From positions 1 to 55,459 of the forward strand of contig JBBDWW010000005.1 in NCBI GenBank assembly GCA_040902645.1: a stretch of DNA of 55,459 nt. Reading direction: 5' to 3'. Position numbers and translations under genes: made by a program. The DNA is from Dongiaceae bacterium (lineage in GTDB: Bacteria > Pseudomonadota > Alphaproteobacteria > Dongiales > Dongiaceae). Shown one piece after another: positions 1 through 8,874 of the stretch (positions within the stretch are counted from its first letter, which is position 1; each line of letters begins with the position of its first letter). The notes under the pieces were generated by a model. The model worked only from the letters and a program-made list of their open reading frames with translations, had not been told where the DNA came from and made no database searches.

Positions 1-1002
1 ACCCGTATCACCGGCTTGATCCGCCACGACATTGGCCGGCGCGGCAAACGCTTCGTTCGCCTCGATGAGATCGAGATCGTTCGGCTTCCAGCCGGCCTTG
101 GCAAGCGCCTCGCGGCTCGCCGGGATCGGACCCGAACCCATGATTGCCGGATCGACGCCCGCGGTCGCCCAGGAAACGATGCGCGCGATCGGCGCAAGGC
201 CGCGCTTCTTCGCCTCGTCCATCGACATGACGACGATCGCCGCCGCGCCGTCATTGATGCCGGAGGCATTGCCCGCCGTCACGGTGCCGCCTTCGCGCAG
301 AAAGGCGGGGCGAAGCTTGGCCAGCGAATCGATCGTCGTGCCGTGGCGCGGATATTCATCGTCCGCGACGACGACGTCGCCCTTCCGGCTCTTCACCGTC
401 ACCGGCACGATCTCGTCCTTGAAGCGTCCCGCCTTCTGCGCGGCCTCAGCCTTCTGCTGCGAGGATGCGGCGAACGCGTCCTGCTCCTCGCGCGTGATCT
501 GCCATTTCTGCGCGACGTTCTCGGCTGTATTGCCCATGTGATAGCCGTTGAAGGCGTCCCACAGCCCGTCCTTGATCATGGTGTCGACCAGCTCGGCATT
601 GCCCATCTTCACGCCGGCGCGCAGGTACACGCAGTGCGGCGCCTGGGTCATGCTCTCCTGGCCGCCGGCGACGACGATGCGACTGTCGCCGGTCTTGATC
701 GCCTGATAGGCGAGTGCGACCGCGCGCAATCCCGAGCCGCAAAGCTGGTTGATCTGGATCGCGGTCTTTTCGACCGGAATGCCGGCCGCGACCGCAGCCT
801 GACGGGCCGGATTCTGTCCGGCGCCCGCCGTCAAAATCTGGCCGAGGATGGCCTCGTCGATGTCGCCGGTTGCCAGTTTGGCGCGTTCCAGCGCCGCCTT
901 GATGGCGATCGCGCCAAGTTCGTGCGCGGCCAGCGTGGCAAAGGCCCCGTTAAAGGCGCCGACCGGCGTACGGACGGCACTGACGATGGCGATATCGGTC
1001 AT
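1..1002 (-). CDS. phaA: acetyl-CoA C-acetyltransferase (thiolase II); C-terminus cut by the window edge
   Basis: Not in the ORF track because it runs off the edge. Manual reverse translation from the ATG at 1002..1000 gives MTDIAIVSAVRTPVGAFNGAFATLAAHELGAIAIKAALERAKL... It contains the thiolase active-site Cys motif INQLCGSGLRAV. There are 334 in-frame codons down to position 1. It sits next to phaC and phaR. Confidence 0.9.
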   Translation of the reverse strand, partial: MTDIAIVSAVRTPVGAFNGAFATLAAHELGAIAIKAALERAKLATGDIDEAILGQILTAGAGQNPARQAAVAAGIPVEKTAIQINQLCGSGLRAVALAYQAIKTGDSRIVVAGGQESMTQAPHCVYLRAGVKMGNAELVDTMIKDGLWDAFNGYHMGNTAENVAQKWQITREEQDAFAASSQQKAEAAQKAGRFKDEIVPVTVKSRKGDVVVADDEYPRHGTTIDSLAKLRPAFLREGGTVTAGNASGINDGAAAIVVMSMDEAKKRGLAPIARIVSWATAGVDPAIMGSGPIPASREALAKAGWKPNDLDLIEANEAFAAPANVVADQAGDTG

Positions 1003-1119
1003 TCTGTCTCTCTCCCTTGGGGGGTCGGGGGGCGGCGCGGGCGGGATCAGAACGGCCCGCAGCAGGTCGTTATAGCCAAACCTAGTGACCGGCCTGTTGC
1101 GGTGCAAGAATGGCCCCGG

Positions 1120-2379
1120 TCAGGGGACGGCGCGCAACCATGCGGCAATCGGCTGCCAGACCTCGCGCTCGGCCCGGCCACCGACCATCATTCCGATATG
1201 GCCGGCTGCGGGGGTCATCGGCGTTGCCCGGGGCAGTGTTGCCGCCAGCGCCCGGGCGGAGCCCGGCGGCACGATCCGGTCGGTATCGGGGATCACCACC
1301 AGAGCGGGCAGATCGCAGGACGCGGGCGAAACCGCCGTGCCACCGATCCGCCACTGGCCGGTCGCGGGGCTGTTCGCGCCGTACCAACCGGCCAAAGTCT
1401 CGATCGCGACCAGGGTCGCGAGCGGAATCCCGTCATTGAGCCAGTCCTCGAGTGCGACGAACCGCCGCGCGCGGTCGCTGGCAGGATCAAGTTCGGCGAA
1501 GGCGAGAAACTTGCGGATCACCTGCATCGGATCGAGTGCGGCGAACAGCGACTGGATCGCATCGACCGGGAGGGCACCTGCGGCTGCCATCGTCGGCATC
1601 AGCCATGCCGCCATGGCGCCAAGGCCGCGCGCCTGTTCGGGACGTTCGGCGTGAAAATCCCACGGCGTCGCGAGCAGCGCGAGGCCGGCGAGATCGCGCT
1701 CGCGCCGATGCGCCAGCGCGAGCGCAAGATTGCCGCCCATGCAGTAGCCGAGAACGATCGGCTTCGCCTTGTTCGTCGCGGCTCGAACCGCGTCGAGCGC
1801 CGGCTCCAGCCGCTCTGTCGTGTATGACGTCAGATCGAAGCCGCGCTCGGCGACGCCGGGCGCATCCCAGTCGATGGCGAATACCGGAAATCCCTGGTTT
1901 GCGAGCCAGCGCAGAAAGCTGGTTTCCGGCATCAGATCGAGCACGTAGTAGCGATTGACCAGCGAGGGCACGACCAGAATCGGCGGCAGCGTCCTGTCGG
2001 TCGCATGGTTGCGATAATCGAGCAGCCGCGTCGTGCCGGCCTGCCAGAGCAACGGCACCGCCGCCATGTCGCGGCGATAGCGATGCGTGCGATAGGCGGC
2101 GACGCCGCTTTCGAATCGCGCGCGACGCGCGGCGATTTCGCCGATGACAGCAGCGGTAAATTCCTGCGGTTCGACGTTACCGAGATTTTCGAGAAGCGCC
2201 GCGCGGTCGCTTTGGAGCTGCGGGCTCCAGGGCAGCGATCCGTTCTTCAAGAGCGGCAAGGCGGCGAGCGAGCTCGTCCAGGCGCCCGTCGCGGTCGCCA
2301 GATGCTGCATGTACGGACGCGGCCCCAGACGTTCCGGCGACGCTTCCGGGCTCTGCGGCGGATGGCTTATTGTCTCCAT
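1120..2379 (-). CDS. phaC: class-III-like poly(3-hydroxyalkanoate) synthase (alpha/beta hydrolase)
   Basis: Track ORF of 419 aa. It has the lipase-box-like GYCMGG motif and a PLLWQ..LLDY..PILVVPSLVNRYYVLDL core resembling class III PhaC, and sits in a PHA gene context. The start is uncertain, either ATG 2379 or ATG 2310. No canonical start codon lies further downstream until Met105. Confidence 0.8.
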   Translation of the reverse strand: METISHPPQSPEASPERLGPRPYMQHLATATGAWTSSLAALPLLKNGSLPWSPQLQSDRAALLENLGNVEPQEFTAAVIGEIAARRARFESGVAAYRTHRYRRDMAAVPLLWQAGTTRLLDYRNHATDRTLPPILVVPSLVNRYYVLDLMPETSFLRWLANQGFPVFAIDWDAPGVAERGFDLTSYTTERLEPALDAVRAATNKAKPIVLGYCMGGNLALALAHRRERDLAGLALLATPWDFHAERPEQARGLGAMAAWLMPTMAAAGALPVDAIQSLFAALDPMQVIRKFLAFAELDPASDRARRFVALEDWLNDGIPLATLVAIETLAGWYGANSPATGQWRIGGTAVSPASCDLPALVVIPDTDRIVPPGSARALAATLPRATPMTPAAGHIGMMVGGRAEREVWQPIAAWLRAVP

Positions 2380-2548
2380 GGGTCGCGCTCCAGGCGGCAG
2401 CGGCGGCGAGCCCGGCCGAACCCATGGCCGCGATGAAGCGGCTCATCTGCTCGGCCAGCGCCGGATCCCCGGCCAGCGCCGAAAGCTGCGCCTCCCAGAG
2501 ATCGAGATAGCGCCGCGCCAGGCTCTCCAGATCGGGCGTTTCGCTCAT
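2177..2548 (-). CDS. small hypothetical protein upstream of phaC, possibly a PhaE-like partner; only the N-terminal ~55 codons look coding
   Basis: Track ORF of 123 aa (MSETPDLESLARRYLDLWEAQLSALAGDPALAEQMSRFIAAMG...). Third-position GC is high from 2548 down to about 2385. It then collapses, while the phaC frame becomes the high-GC3 frame. See the finding on the frame switch. Confidence 0.35.
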   Translation of the reverse strand: MSETPDLESLARRYLDLWEAQLSALAGDPALAEQMSRFIAAMGSAGLAAAAAWSATHGDNKPSAAEPGSVAGTSGAASVHAASGDRDGRLDELARRLAALEERIAALEPAAPKRPRGASRKSR

Positions 2549-2607
2549 GATTCCCGACTATAGGCGAGGCCCGCCCGGGAGGCCACATACCGCGCCGCAA
2601 CACCCGT

Positions 2608-2618
2608 TTGCGGCGCAG
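2608..2618. promoter_or_regulatory. candidate PhaR operator half (TTGC-N3-GCAG)
   Basis: TTGCGGCGCAG lies in the divergent phaR/phaC-side intergenic region. It resembles the CTGC-N3-GCAG PhaR site that I recall being reported for Rhodobacter sphaeroides. Confidence 0.25.
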
Positions 2619-2670
2619 CGAATGCATTGCACAACGCCGCCCAAATCCTGTTATGCTCGCCCCTTCGCGT

Positions 2671-2681
2671 GTGCAGCGCAG
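2671..2681. promoter_or_regulatory. candidate PhaR operator half (GTGC-N3-GCAG)
   Basis: GTGCAGCGCAG is a second copy of the TGC-N3-GCAG pattern. It lies 24 to 34 nt upstream of the phaR ATG. Confidence 0.25.
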
Positions 2682-2704
2682 GCATTCGAGGACAGCGCGG
2701 ACCC

Positions 2705-3346
2705 ATGGCAGATACCGGCACGGGTCAGACCGGCCCGATTACCATCAAGAAGTACGCCAACCGGCGGCTCTACAATACGGCAACCTCAAGTTATGTGACG
2801 CTCGACCATCTCTGCCAGATGGTGAAAGACGGCGTCGAATTCACGGTGTTCGACGCCAAGACCGGCGACGATATCACTCGCCAGGTTCTGACTCAGATCA
2901 TCGTCGAAGAGGAATCGAAGGGCGGCCAAAATCTGCTGCCGCTCAACTTCCTGCGTCAACTCATCAAGTTCTATGGCGACAATCTCCAGTTCCTGGTGCC
3001 GCGCTATCTCGAACATTCAATGGAATCGTTCGCGCGCAATCAGGAGCAGATGCGCAAGGCGATGCAGGACAGTTTCGGCGGCATGTTCCCGTTCGGCCGC
3101 TTCGAGGAGATGGGCAAGCAGAACCTCGCTCTGTTTGAGCAGGCGATGCAGATGTTCAACCCATTCCGCGCAGCCGGCACGCCGGGCGCAACCAATGCGC
3201 CCGAACGCGAGGTGGTACCCGATATCGCCGGCCAGGCAAAGAAGGCCGCCGACTCGGTCGAAGCGTTGCGCCAGCAGCTCGAACAGCTGCAGGAGAAGAT
3301 CGACGCGCTCGGCCGGGACCGGACCGGGAAATCGCAGCAGGGCTGA
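2705..3346 (+). CDS. phaR: polyhydroxyalkanoate synthesis repressor PhaR
   Basis: Lies within the track ORF 2627..3346. From ATG 2705 it reads MADTGTGQTGPITIKKYANRRLYNTATSSYVTLDHLCQMVKDG..., the hallmark PhaR N-terminal DNA-binding motif. Confidence 0.9.
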   Translation: MADTGTGQTGPITIKKYANRRLYNTATSSYVTLDHLCQMVKDGVEFTVFDAKTGDDITRQVLTQIIVEEESKGGQNLLPLNFLRQLIKFYGDNLQFLVPRYLEHSMESFARNQEQMRKAMQDSFGGMFPFGRFEEMGKQNLALFEQAMQMFNPFRAAGTPGATNAPEREVVPDIAGQAKKAADSVEALRQQLEQLQEKIDALGRDRTGKSQQG

Positions 3347-3424
3347 TCCGCCGCCTCGCCATGCTTGCTGCGGATTGCTAGTGTCGCAGCCTTGTCCATC
3401 AGCCTCCCGTTGAACTCCAAGACA

Positions 3425-4942
3425 ATGACCGACACGCCGACCACCATTGTCGATCTGATTGCGGCACGTCCGGGCAATGACCCCGCTTTGCTCGCCCCCG
3501 ATCGCGAGACGCTGAGCTACGGGGCGCTGGCAGCACAGATCGATCGAACGGCAGCTTCACTCGCCGCGCATGGCATCAGCCCGGGCGATAGCGTCGCGAT
3601 CGTGCTGCCGAACGGGCCGGAAGCGGCAACCGCCTTTCTCGGTGTCGCCGCACAGGCCGCCGCTGCTCCGCTCAATCCCGGCTATCGCACCGACGAGTTC
3701 GATTTCTATCTCGGCGATCTCGCGGCGAAGGCGCTGATCGTTGCAGCCGGAGCCGACACGCCGGCGATCGAGGTGGCACGACGGCGCGGCATTCCGATCC
3801 TTGCCATCACGCCACAGACCGCCGCCGGCGCGTTCACGATCGATGCCCCGTCCGGCACGAATCGGAAGTCGAAGCGGCCCGGCGGCGAAGACACGGCTCT
3901 GCTGCTGCACACCTCGGGCACGACCTCGCGACCCAAACTGGTGCCGCTCAGCCATCGCAACCTGATCGCCTCGGCCGGGAATATTGCGACGACGCTCAAG
4001 CTCGGTGCGGCCGACCGCTGTCTCAACATCATGCCGTTGTTCCATATTCACGGGCTCGTCGGCGTGCTCGCCGCATCGATCCGTGCCGGCGGCTCGGTTT
4101 TCTGTTCGCCCGGCTACAACGCGCTGCGCTTCTACGCCTGGCTGACGGATTCCCAGGCGAGCTGGTACTCGGCGGTACCGACCATGCATCAGGCGAATCT
4201 CGCGCGCGCCTCGCATAACCGTGCGGTACTGGATACGCAGACGCTGCGCTTCATCCGCTCGTCCTCGTCGTCCTTGCCGGCGCGCGTCATGGCCGAACTC
4301 GAAGAGACGTTCGGCTGCCCGGTTATCGAGTCCTACGGCATGACCGAGGCGACGCATCAGATGACCAGCAACATGTTGCCGCCAGGCGGACGCAAGGCCG
4401 GTTCGGTCGGTATCGCCGCCGGGCCCGAAGTCCGGCTGATGTCGGAAGACGGCACATTGTTGTCGGGCGATGCGATCGGCGAAGTGGTCATTCGCGGCCG
4501 CAATGTGACAGCGGGTTATCTCAACAACATGGCGGCCAACGCGACCGCGTTCCACGATGGCTGGTTCCGTACCGGCGATCTCGGCCGCTTCGATCAGGAG
4601 GGTTTTCTCACGATCGAGGGACGGCTCAAGGAAATCATCAATCGCGGCGGCGAGAAGATCAGCCCGCGCGAAGTCGACGAGGCGCTGATGGCGCATCCCG
4701 CCGTCGCCCAGGCCGTCGCCTTTGCAATGCCGCATGCGAAACTGGGCGAAGAAGTCGCTGCGGCCGTCGTGCTGCGCGATTCGATGACGACCGACGAACG
4801 GGGCCTGCGCGATTTCCTCTCGGAACGGCTCGCCGATTTCAAGGTGCCGCGGAAGATCGTCATTCTCGACGAAATCCCGAAGGGCGCGACCGGCAAGCTG
4901 CAGCGCATCGGGCTTGCCGCGAAACTCGGTCTCGCCTCGTGA
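3425..4942 (+). CDS. AMP-dependent acyl-CoA synthetase/ligase (ANL superfamily)
   Basis: Lies within the track ORF 3365..4942, with the likely start at MTDTPTTIVDL (ATG 3425). ANL motifs present: HTSGTTSRPK, ESYGMTE, FRTGD, GRLKEIINRGGEKI and PKGATGKLQR. Confidence 0.85.
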   Translation: MTDTPTTIVDLIAARPGNDPALLAPDRETLSYGALAAQIDRTAASLAAHGISPGDSVAIVLPNGPEAATAFLGVAAQAAAAPLNPGYRTDEFDFYLGDLAAKALIVAAGADTPAIEVARRRGIPILAITPQTAAGAFTIDAPSGTNRKSKRPGGEDTALLLHTSGTTSRPKLVPLSHRNLIASAGNIATTLKLGAADRCLNIMPLFHIHGLVGVLAASIRAGGSVFCSPGYNALRFYAWLTDSQASWYSAVPTMHQANLARASHNRAVLDTQTLRFIRSSSSSLPARVMAELEETFGCPVIESYGMTEATHQMTSNMLPPGGRKAGSVGIAAGPEVRLMSEDGTLLSGDAIGEVVIRGRNVTAGYLNNMAANATAFHDGWFRTGDLGRFDQEGFLTIEGRLKEIINRGGEKISPREVDEALMAHPAVAQAVAFAMPHAKLGEEVAAAVVLRDSMTTDERGLRDFLSERLADFKVPRKIVILDEIPKGATGKLQRIGLAAKLGLAS

Positions 4943-5922
4943 AGATCTGCATCTACGGCGCCGGATCGATCGGCGGGCTGCTCGGCGCGCGGCTCGCGCA
5001 TAAGGGCAATCACGAGGTGACGCTGATCGCACGCGGCGCGCATCTCGAGGCGATCCGCCGCAGCGGCCTGAAGCTCATTACCGACGAGGAAACGATCGTC
5101 GCACGGCCGGCGGCAACCGACGATCCGAAACAGGCAGGTCCGCAGGACGTGGTGATCGTCGCCGTGAAAGCGCCCGCGGTTGCCGGCATCGCCGAGGCCA
5201 TGCAGCCGCTGCTCGGCCCCGATACCGCCGTGCTGACGGCGATGAACGGCGTGCCCTGGTGGTATTTCCACGGGCTCGACGGTCCGTGGCGCGACCGCCG
5301 CATCCGCAGCCTCGATCCCAACGGGCGGCTCGAAAGACTGATCGAAACGCGCCGCGTGATCGGTTGCGTCGTCTATCCAGCCGCCGAGATCGCGGAGCCG
5401 GGTGTCATCCGGCACGGCTATGGCAACCGTTTCATGCTCGGCGAACCGGATGGCAGCCGCAGCGAGCGGATCGGGGCGCTATCCGCCGCGCTCAACGATG
5501 CCGATTTCAAGGCGCCCGTGCGCCCAAAGATCCGCGACGATATCTGGGTCAAATTGTGGGGCAATCTGTCGTTCAATCCGGTCAGCATTCTCACGCACGG
5601 CACCCTGGTCCAGATCGCGCGCGATCCCGGCACCAACGCGGTCATCCGCCGCATGATGGAAGAAAGCCAGCGGGTCGCCGAGGCGCTCGGCGTTTCCTTC
5701 GGCGTCGATATCGAAACCCGGATCGGCTGGGCGGCCGATGTCGGCGAACATAAGAGCTCGATGCTGCAGGATCTCGAGAACGGCAAGGCGATGGAGATCG
5801 ATGCGCTGCTGACGGCCGTGGTCGAGATGGGCGACATGGTCGGCATCGAAACGCCGTTGCTCGATACGATCCTCGCCTTGGCGATCCAGCGCGGCCGCGT
5901 TGCCGGCTGCTACTCCGCATAG
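4939..5922 (+). CDS. 2-dehydropantoate 2-reductase family (ApbA/PanE) oxidoreductase
   Basis: Track ORF of 327 aa. It has an N-terminal Rossmann motif (MKICIYGAGSIGG) and the ApbA-family length. The GTG start overlaps the upstream stop (GTGA). Confidence 0.8.
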   Translation: MKICIYGAGSIGGLLGARLAHKGNHEVTLIARGAHLEAIRRSGLKLITDEETIVARPAATDDPKQAGPQDVVIVAVKAPAVAGIAEAMQPLLGPDTAVLTAMNGVPWWYFHGLDGPWRDRRIRSLDPNGRLERLIETRRVIGCVVYPAAEIAEPGVIRHGYGNRFMLGEPDGSRSERIGALSAALNDADFKAPVRPKIRDDIWVKLWGNLSFNPVSILTHGTLVQIARDPGTNAVIRRMMEESQRVAEALGVSFGVDIETRIGWAADVGEHKSSMLQDLENGKAMEIDALLTAVVEMGDMVGIETPLLDTILALAIQRGRVAGCYSA

Positions 5923-5924
5923 CC

Positions 5925-7157
5925 GTGCCCGCTGACGGCGCCGCGTCACCCGCGGCCAACCGCTGGCGCGCGCTTGCGCTGATCGCCTTCTGCCAGGTTA
6001 TGGCCCTTGCCCTGTGGTTCTCGGCAACCGCGATCCTGCCCTCGCTCGCGCGCGACTACGCACTCTCCGCGACACAGCAATCCTTGTTTACCAGCGGCGT
6101 ACAGGCGGGGTTCGTCGTCGGCACACTGATCTCAGCCTTCTTCGGCCTTGCCGACCGGCTCGACCCGCGACGTTTTTTCGCCGCCTCGGCGCTGGTCGCC
6201 GCACTCGCCAACGCTGCGTTGCTTCTGGTCGAGCCGACATCCTGGGGCGTGATCGCGCTGCGGTTCGCGACCGGTATGTGTATGGCCGGCGTCTATCCCG
6301 TCGGGATGAAGCTCGCCTCGACCTGGGCGAAGAACGACATGGGCCTCGTCGTCGGGCTACTGGTGGGCGCACTCACGATTGGATCGGCAGCGCCGCATCT
6401 CTTCAATGCGCTGGGCGGGCTCGACTGGCGGGCGACGCTTGTCACCGCCTCGCTCTCGGCGCTCACCGCCGCCGTTGCGATCCTGTTCGTCCGGCTGAGG
6501 CCGCGCATGGTGGCAACGCCGCGCTTCGATCCGCGCATGGCGCTTGCCGCCTGGCGGGTGCGTTCACTGCGCCTCGCGAATTTCGGTTATTTCGGCCATA
6601 TGTGGGAGCTCTACGCCATGTGGGCGTGGATCGGCGTCTTCCTGCAGGCGAGCTTCCTCGCGACGATGACGCCGCCGGACGCAGCCCTGCTGGCACGCTA
6701 TGCGACCTTTGCGGTGGTCGGGATCGGGGCGGTCGGCTGCGTCGCGGCGGGACTGCTCGCCGACCGGCTCGGCCGCACCACGATCACCATCGCGGCGATG
6801 GCGGTGAGCGGCGCCTGCGCGCTGACGGTCGGGTTTCTGTTCGGCGGTGATTCGCGCTGGCTGATTGCGCTTTGCCTCATCTGGGGCATCGCGGTCGTTG
6901 CCGATTCCGCGCAGTTCTCGGCCTCGATCGCCGAACTCTCCGAGCGCCATCTGGTCGGCACGATGCTGACTTTGCAGACCTCGATTGGCTTTACGCTCAC
7001 GCTGTTGACCATCCACCTGATGCCCTGGTGGATCGATACGCTCGGCTGGGAATACGCCTTTGCGCCGCTGGCGATCGGCCCGATGCTCGGCGTTATCGCG
7101 ATGGCGCGGCTGCGCGCCGATCCGGATTCCCGAAAGCTCGCGGGTGGACGACGGTAG
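5925..7157 (+). CDS. MFS transporter
   Basis: Track ORF of 410 aa. It is polytopic and hydrophobic, with about 12 predicted helices and an MFS-like layout. Confidence 0.8.
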   Translation: MPADGAASPAANRWRALALIAFCQVMALALWFSATAILPSLARDYALSATQQSLFTSGVQAGFVVGTLISAFFGLADRLDPRRFFAASALVAALANAALLLVEPTSWGVIALRFATGMCMAGVYPVGMKLASTWAKNDMGLVVGLLVGALTIGSAAPHLFNALGGLDWRATLVTASLSALTAAVAILFVRLRPRMVATPRFDPRMALAAWRVRSLRLANFGYFGHMWELYAMWAWIGVFLQASFLATMTPPDAALLARYATFAVVGIGAVGCVAAGLLADRLGRTTITIAAMAVSGACALTVGFLFGGDSRWLIALCLIWGIAVVADSAQFSASIAELSERHLVGTMLTLQTSIGFTLTLLTIHLMPWWIDTLGWEYAFAPLAIGPMLGVIAMARLRADPDSRKLAGGRR

Positions 7158-7166
7158 GAGCGCGCG

Positions 7167-7643
7167 CTACTCCCACCCGCTGCCGAGTTTCGCGCGCTCG
7201 GCGGGCGGGAGGGTCGCCGCGGCATCCGCGATCGCCGCCAGCACCGCTGCCTGAAACGCATCGTTGCGCCGGCGTAATTCGTCCTGCGCCGCATCGATGG
7301 CGGCACGATCGAACGGCTCCGCGCGCAAGAGGTCGAGCGCAACACGCCGCTGCGCCAGCAGCGCGCCGCCAGCCTCGACCAGCGCCTCGCGATCGGCCCC
7401 CACCGCTTCGAGGAAACTGTCGCGGTCCGCCCGATCGAGACCTTCGGTCAGGCGGAACAACAGCCAGCGAACGGGGCGGACCTGGTCATCCTGCATCCAG
7501 GCCGCGGCGATCTGATCGCTTCCGCCAAACCAGTGGTGCAGATGGCGGCCACCCGTCATCCCGAGCAGGAAGAGATTGAGAACGACCGACAGCGCCAGCG
7601 CGATCACGACCCAGCGTGCATGGGTCCACACAGCGGTTACCAT
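7167..7643 (-). CDS. periplasmic Spy/CpxP-like heavy-metal sensor family protein
   Basis: Track ORF of 158 aa. It has one N-terminal TM/signal anchor followed by a helical Arg/Asp/Ala-rich domain. It is the last gene of the ECF sigma operon and overlaps the upstream gene by 7 nt. Confidence 0.55.
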   Translation of the reverse strand: MVTAVWTHARWVVIALALSVVLNLFLLGMTGGRHLHHWFGGSDQIAAAWMQDDQVRPVRWLLFRLTEGLDRADRDSFLEAVGADREALVEAGGALLAQRRVALDLLRAEPFDRAAIDAAQDELRRRNDAFQAAVLAAIADAAATLPPAERAKLGSGWE

Positions 7644-8083
7644 GATTGGTCGACCTCCGAGCTTGAAACGGGAAACAGGGCGGCGAGGGTTTCGTCGGCG
7701 ATCGCCGGTTCGGGATCGCCCCAGCCGATGAGAAAGCCGGCGAGGGCCGCCGCCAGCGCAAGACCGGCCGCAGCCGGGCCGTCGACGCCGATCGTATGCA
7801 CCAGCCAGCCGACCGGATGGCGCAGCGGATCGCGCTGCGGCATGGCGAGGACGCGCGCCGTCAGGATCGTGGTATCGAGCGGACGCAATGTCGGCAGCGT
7901 CATGGCATCGAGCATGGCATCGAGCCGCGCCGCCTCGTCATGCTGCGCATGGGCCTCCGGCATCGCTGCCAACAGCCGTTCGGCCGCCGGTCGTTCGGCA
8001 GCGGGCCAGTGCGCCGCATCGGCACCATAGGCATCGAGAAGCGCCTGCAATCGTTCGAGCGTCATATGTGTCGCAGTCATCAT
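7637..8083 (-). CDS. putative single-pass anti-sigma factor
   Basis: Track ORF of 148 aa. It overlaps the ECF sigma stop by 4 nt (ATGA). It has a cytoplasmic helical N-terminus plus one TM segment (AAAGLALAAALAGFLIGW). Confidence 0.55.
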   Translation of the reverse strand: MMTATHMTLERLQALLDAYGADAAHWPAAERPAAERLLAAMPEAHAQHDEAARLDAMLDAMTLPTLRPLDTTILTARVLAMPQRDPLRHPVGWLVHTIGVDGPAAAGLALAAALAGFLIGWGDPEPAIADETLAALFPVSSSEVDQSW

Positions 8084-8694
8084 TCGTCACCCCATGCTTC
8101 CTGCCCGTGCAGCAGATCGCCTCGTTCCGGTTCGAGCATCGCGCGAAGTTTCCGCCGGGCACGTACCAGCAACGCCTCGAGCGCGCCCACATTGATGCCC
8201 AGCATCGACGCGGCTTCTTCGTTGCTGCGCGCCTCGAAATGACAAAGTAGCAAGGCTTCGCGCTGGCGCGGCGGCAGCCGGTCGACCGCCGCGGTCACAC
8301 GCGCCGAAGTTTCCCGTTCGGCGATGCGCCGGTCGGCACCCGGCGTTTCGTCGCGCGGGTCGCCCGCGATTTCGAGCGGCAGCGGCGTCACGCGCCGCTT
8401 ACGGTCGATGCAGAGATTCACCAGCACGCGGACCAGCCATGTACTGAAACGCGCGGTGGTCGGGCTGTCGTCGTTCGCATGCCAGCTTGGCGCCTTGCGC
8501 CAGGCACGCAGGAACGCCTCCTGCAGCAGTTCGTCGGCATCGGCCGCGTTGCCGGTGACGCGGAGCGCAATCGCGCGTGCGCGGCCGGCGTGACGCTCGA
8601 CCAGGAGACCGAACGCGACGCCGTCGCCGGTGCCGGCCCGGCGCATGAGCAGATCGTCCCCCTCGCCGTCCAAAGCGCCGATCCCGTCACCCAT
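8080..8694 (-). CDS. ECF-type RNA polymerase sigma-70 family factor
   Basis: Track ORF of 204 aa. Region 2 reads DELLQEAFLRAWRKAPSW...STWLVRVLVNLCIDRKRR. Region 4 reads LPPRQREALLLCHFEARSNEEAASMLGINVGALEALLVRARRKL. Confidence 0.9.
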   Translation of the reverse strand: MGDGIGALDGEGDDLLMRRAGTGDGVAFGLLVERHAGRARAIALRVTGNAADADELLQEAFLRAWRKAPSWHANDDSPTTARFSTWLVRVLVNLCIDRKRRVTPLPLEIAGDPRDETPGADRRIAERETSARVTAAVDRLPPRQREALLLCHFEARSNEEAASMLGINVGALEALLVRARRKLRAMLEPERGDLLHGQEAWGDE

Positions 8695-8874
8695 CGCAAT
8701 CCGGTTCTTTGACCCATCGGTCCGTTCCGCCCTGGCTGTCTGTAGCCGGGCGGGCGGCGACGATGCCGGGTACCCCGCCCTTTTGCCGGGCTGCTGATGT
8801 CTTTACACGCGGGGCGACGCCGAATCCTGCGCAGCATTGGCGCCAGAATAGGCCCGAAGACGCCGGAACCGCGC

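Noticed and set aside
16-1827. 603-aa plus-strand ORF, the longest ORF at the left edge
   Set aside because: It is Arg/Gly/Asp-rich and low in complexity. It is exactly antisense to the clearly recognisable thiolase and PhaC genes, which is a typical high-GC shadow ORF.
8695-8874. Search for an autoregulated ECF promoter (GGAAC -35, GTC/CGT -10) upstream of the sigma factor
   Set aside because: A GGAAC is present, but the spacing to any GTC-like -10 element is wrong (about 10 nt). No supportable call can be made.
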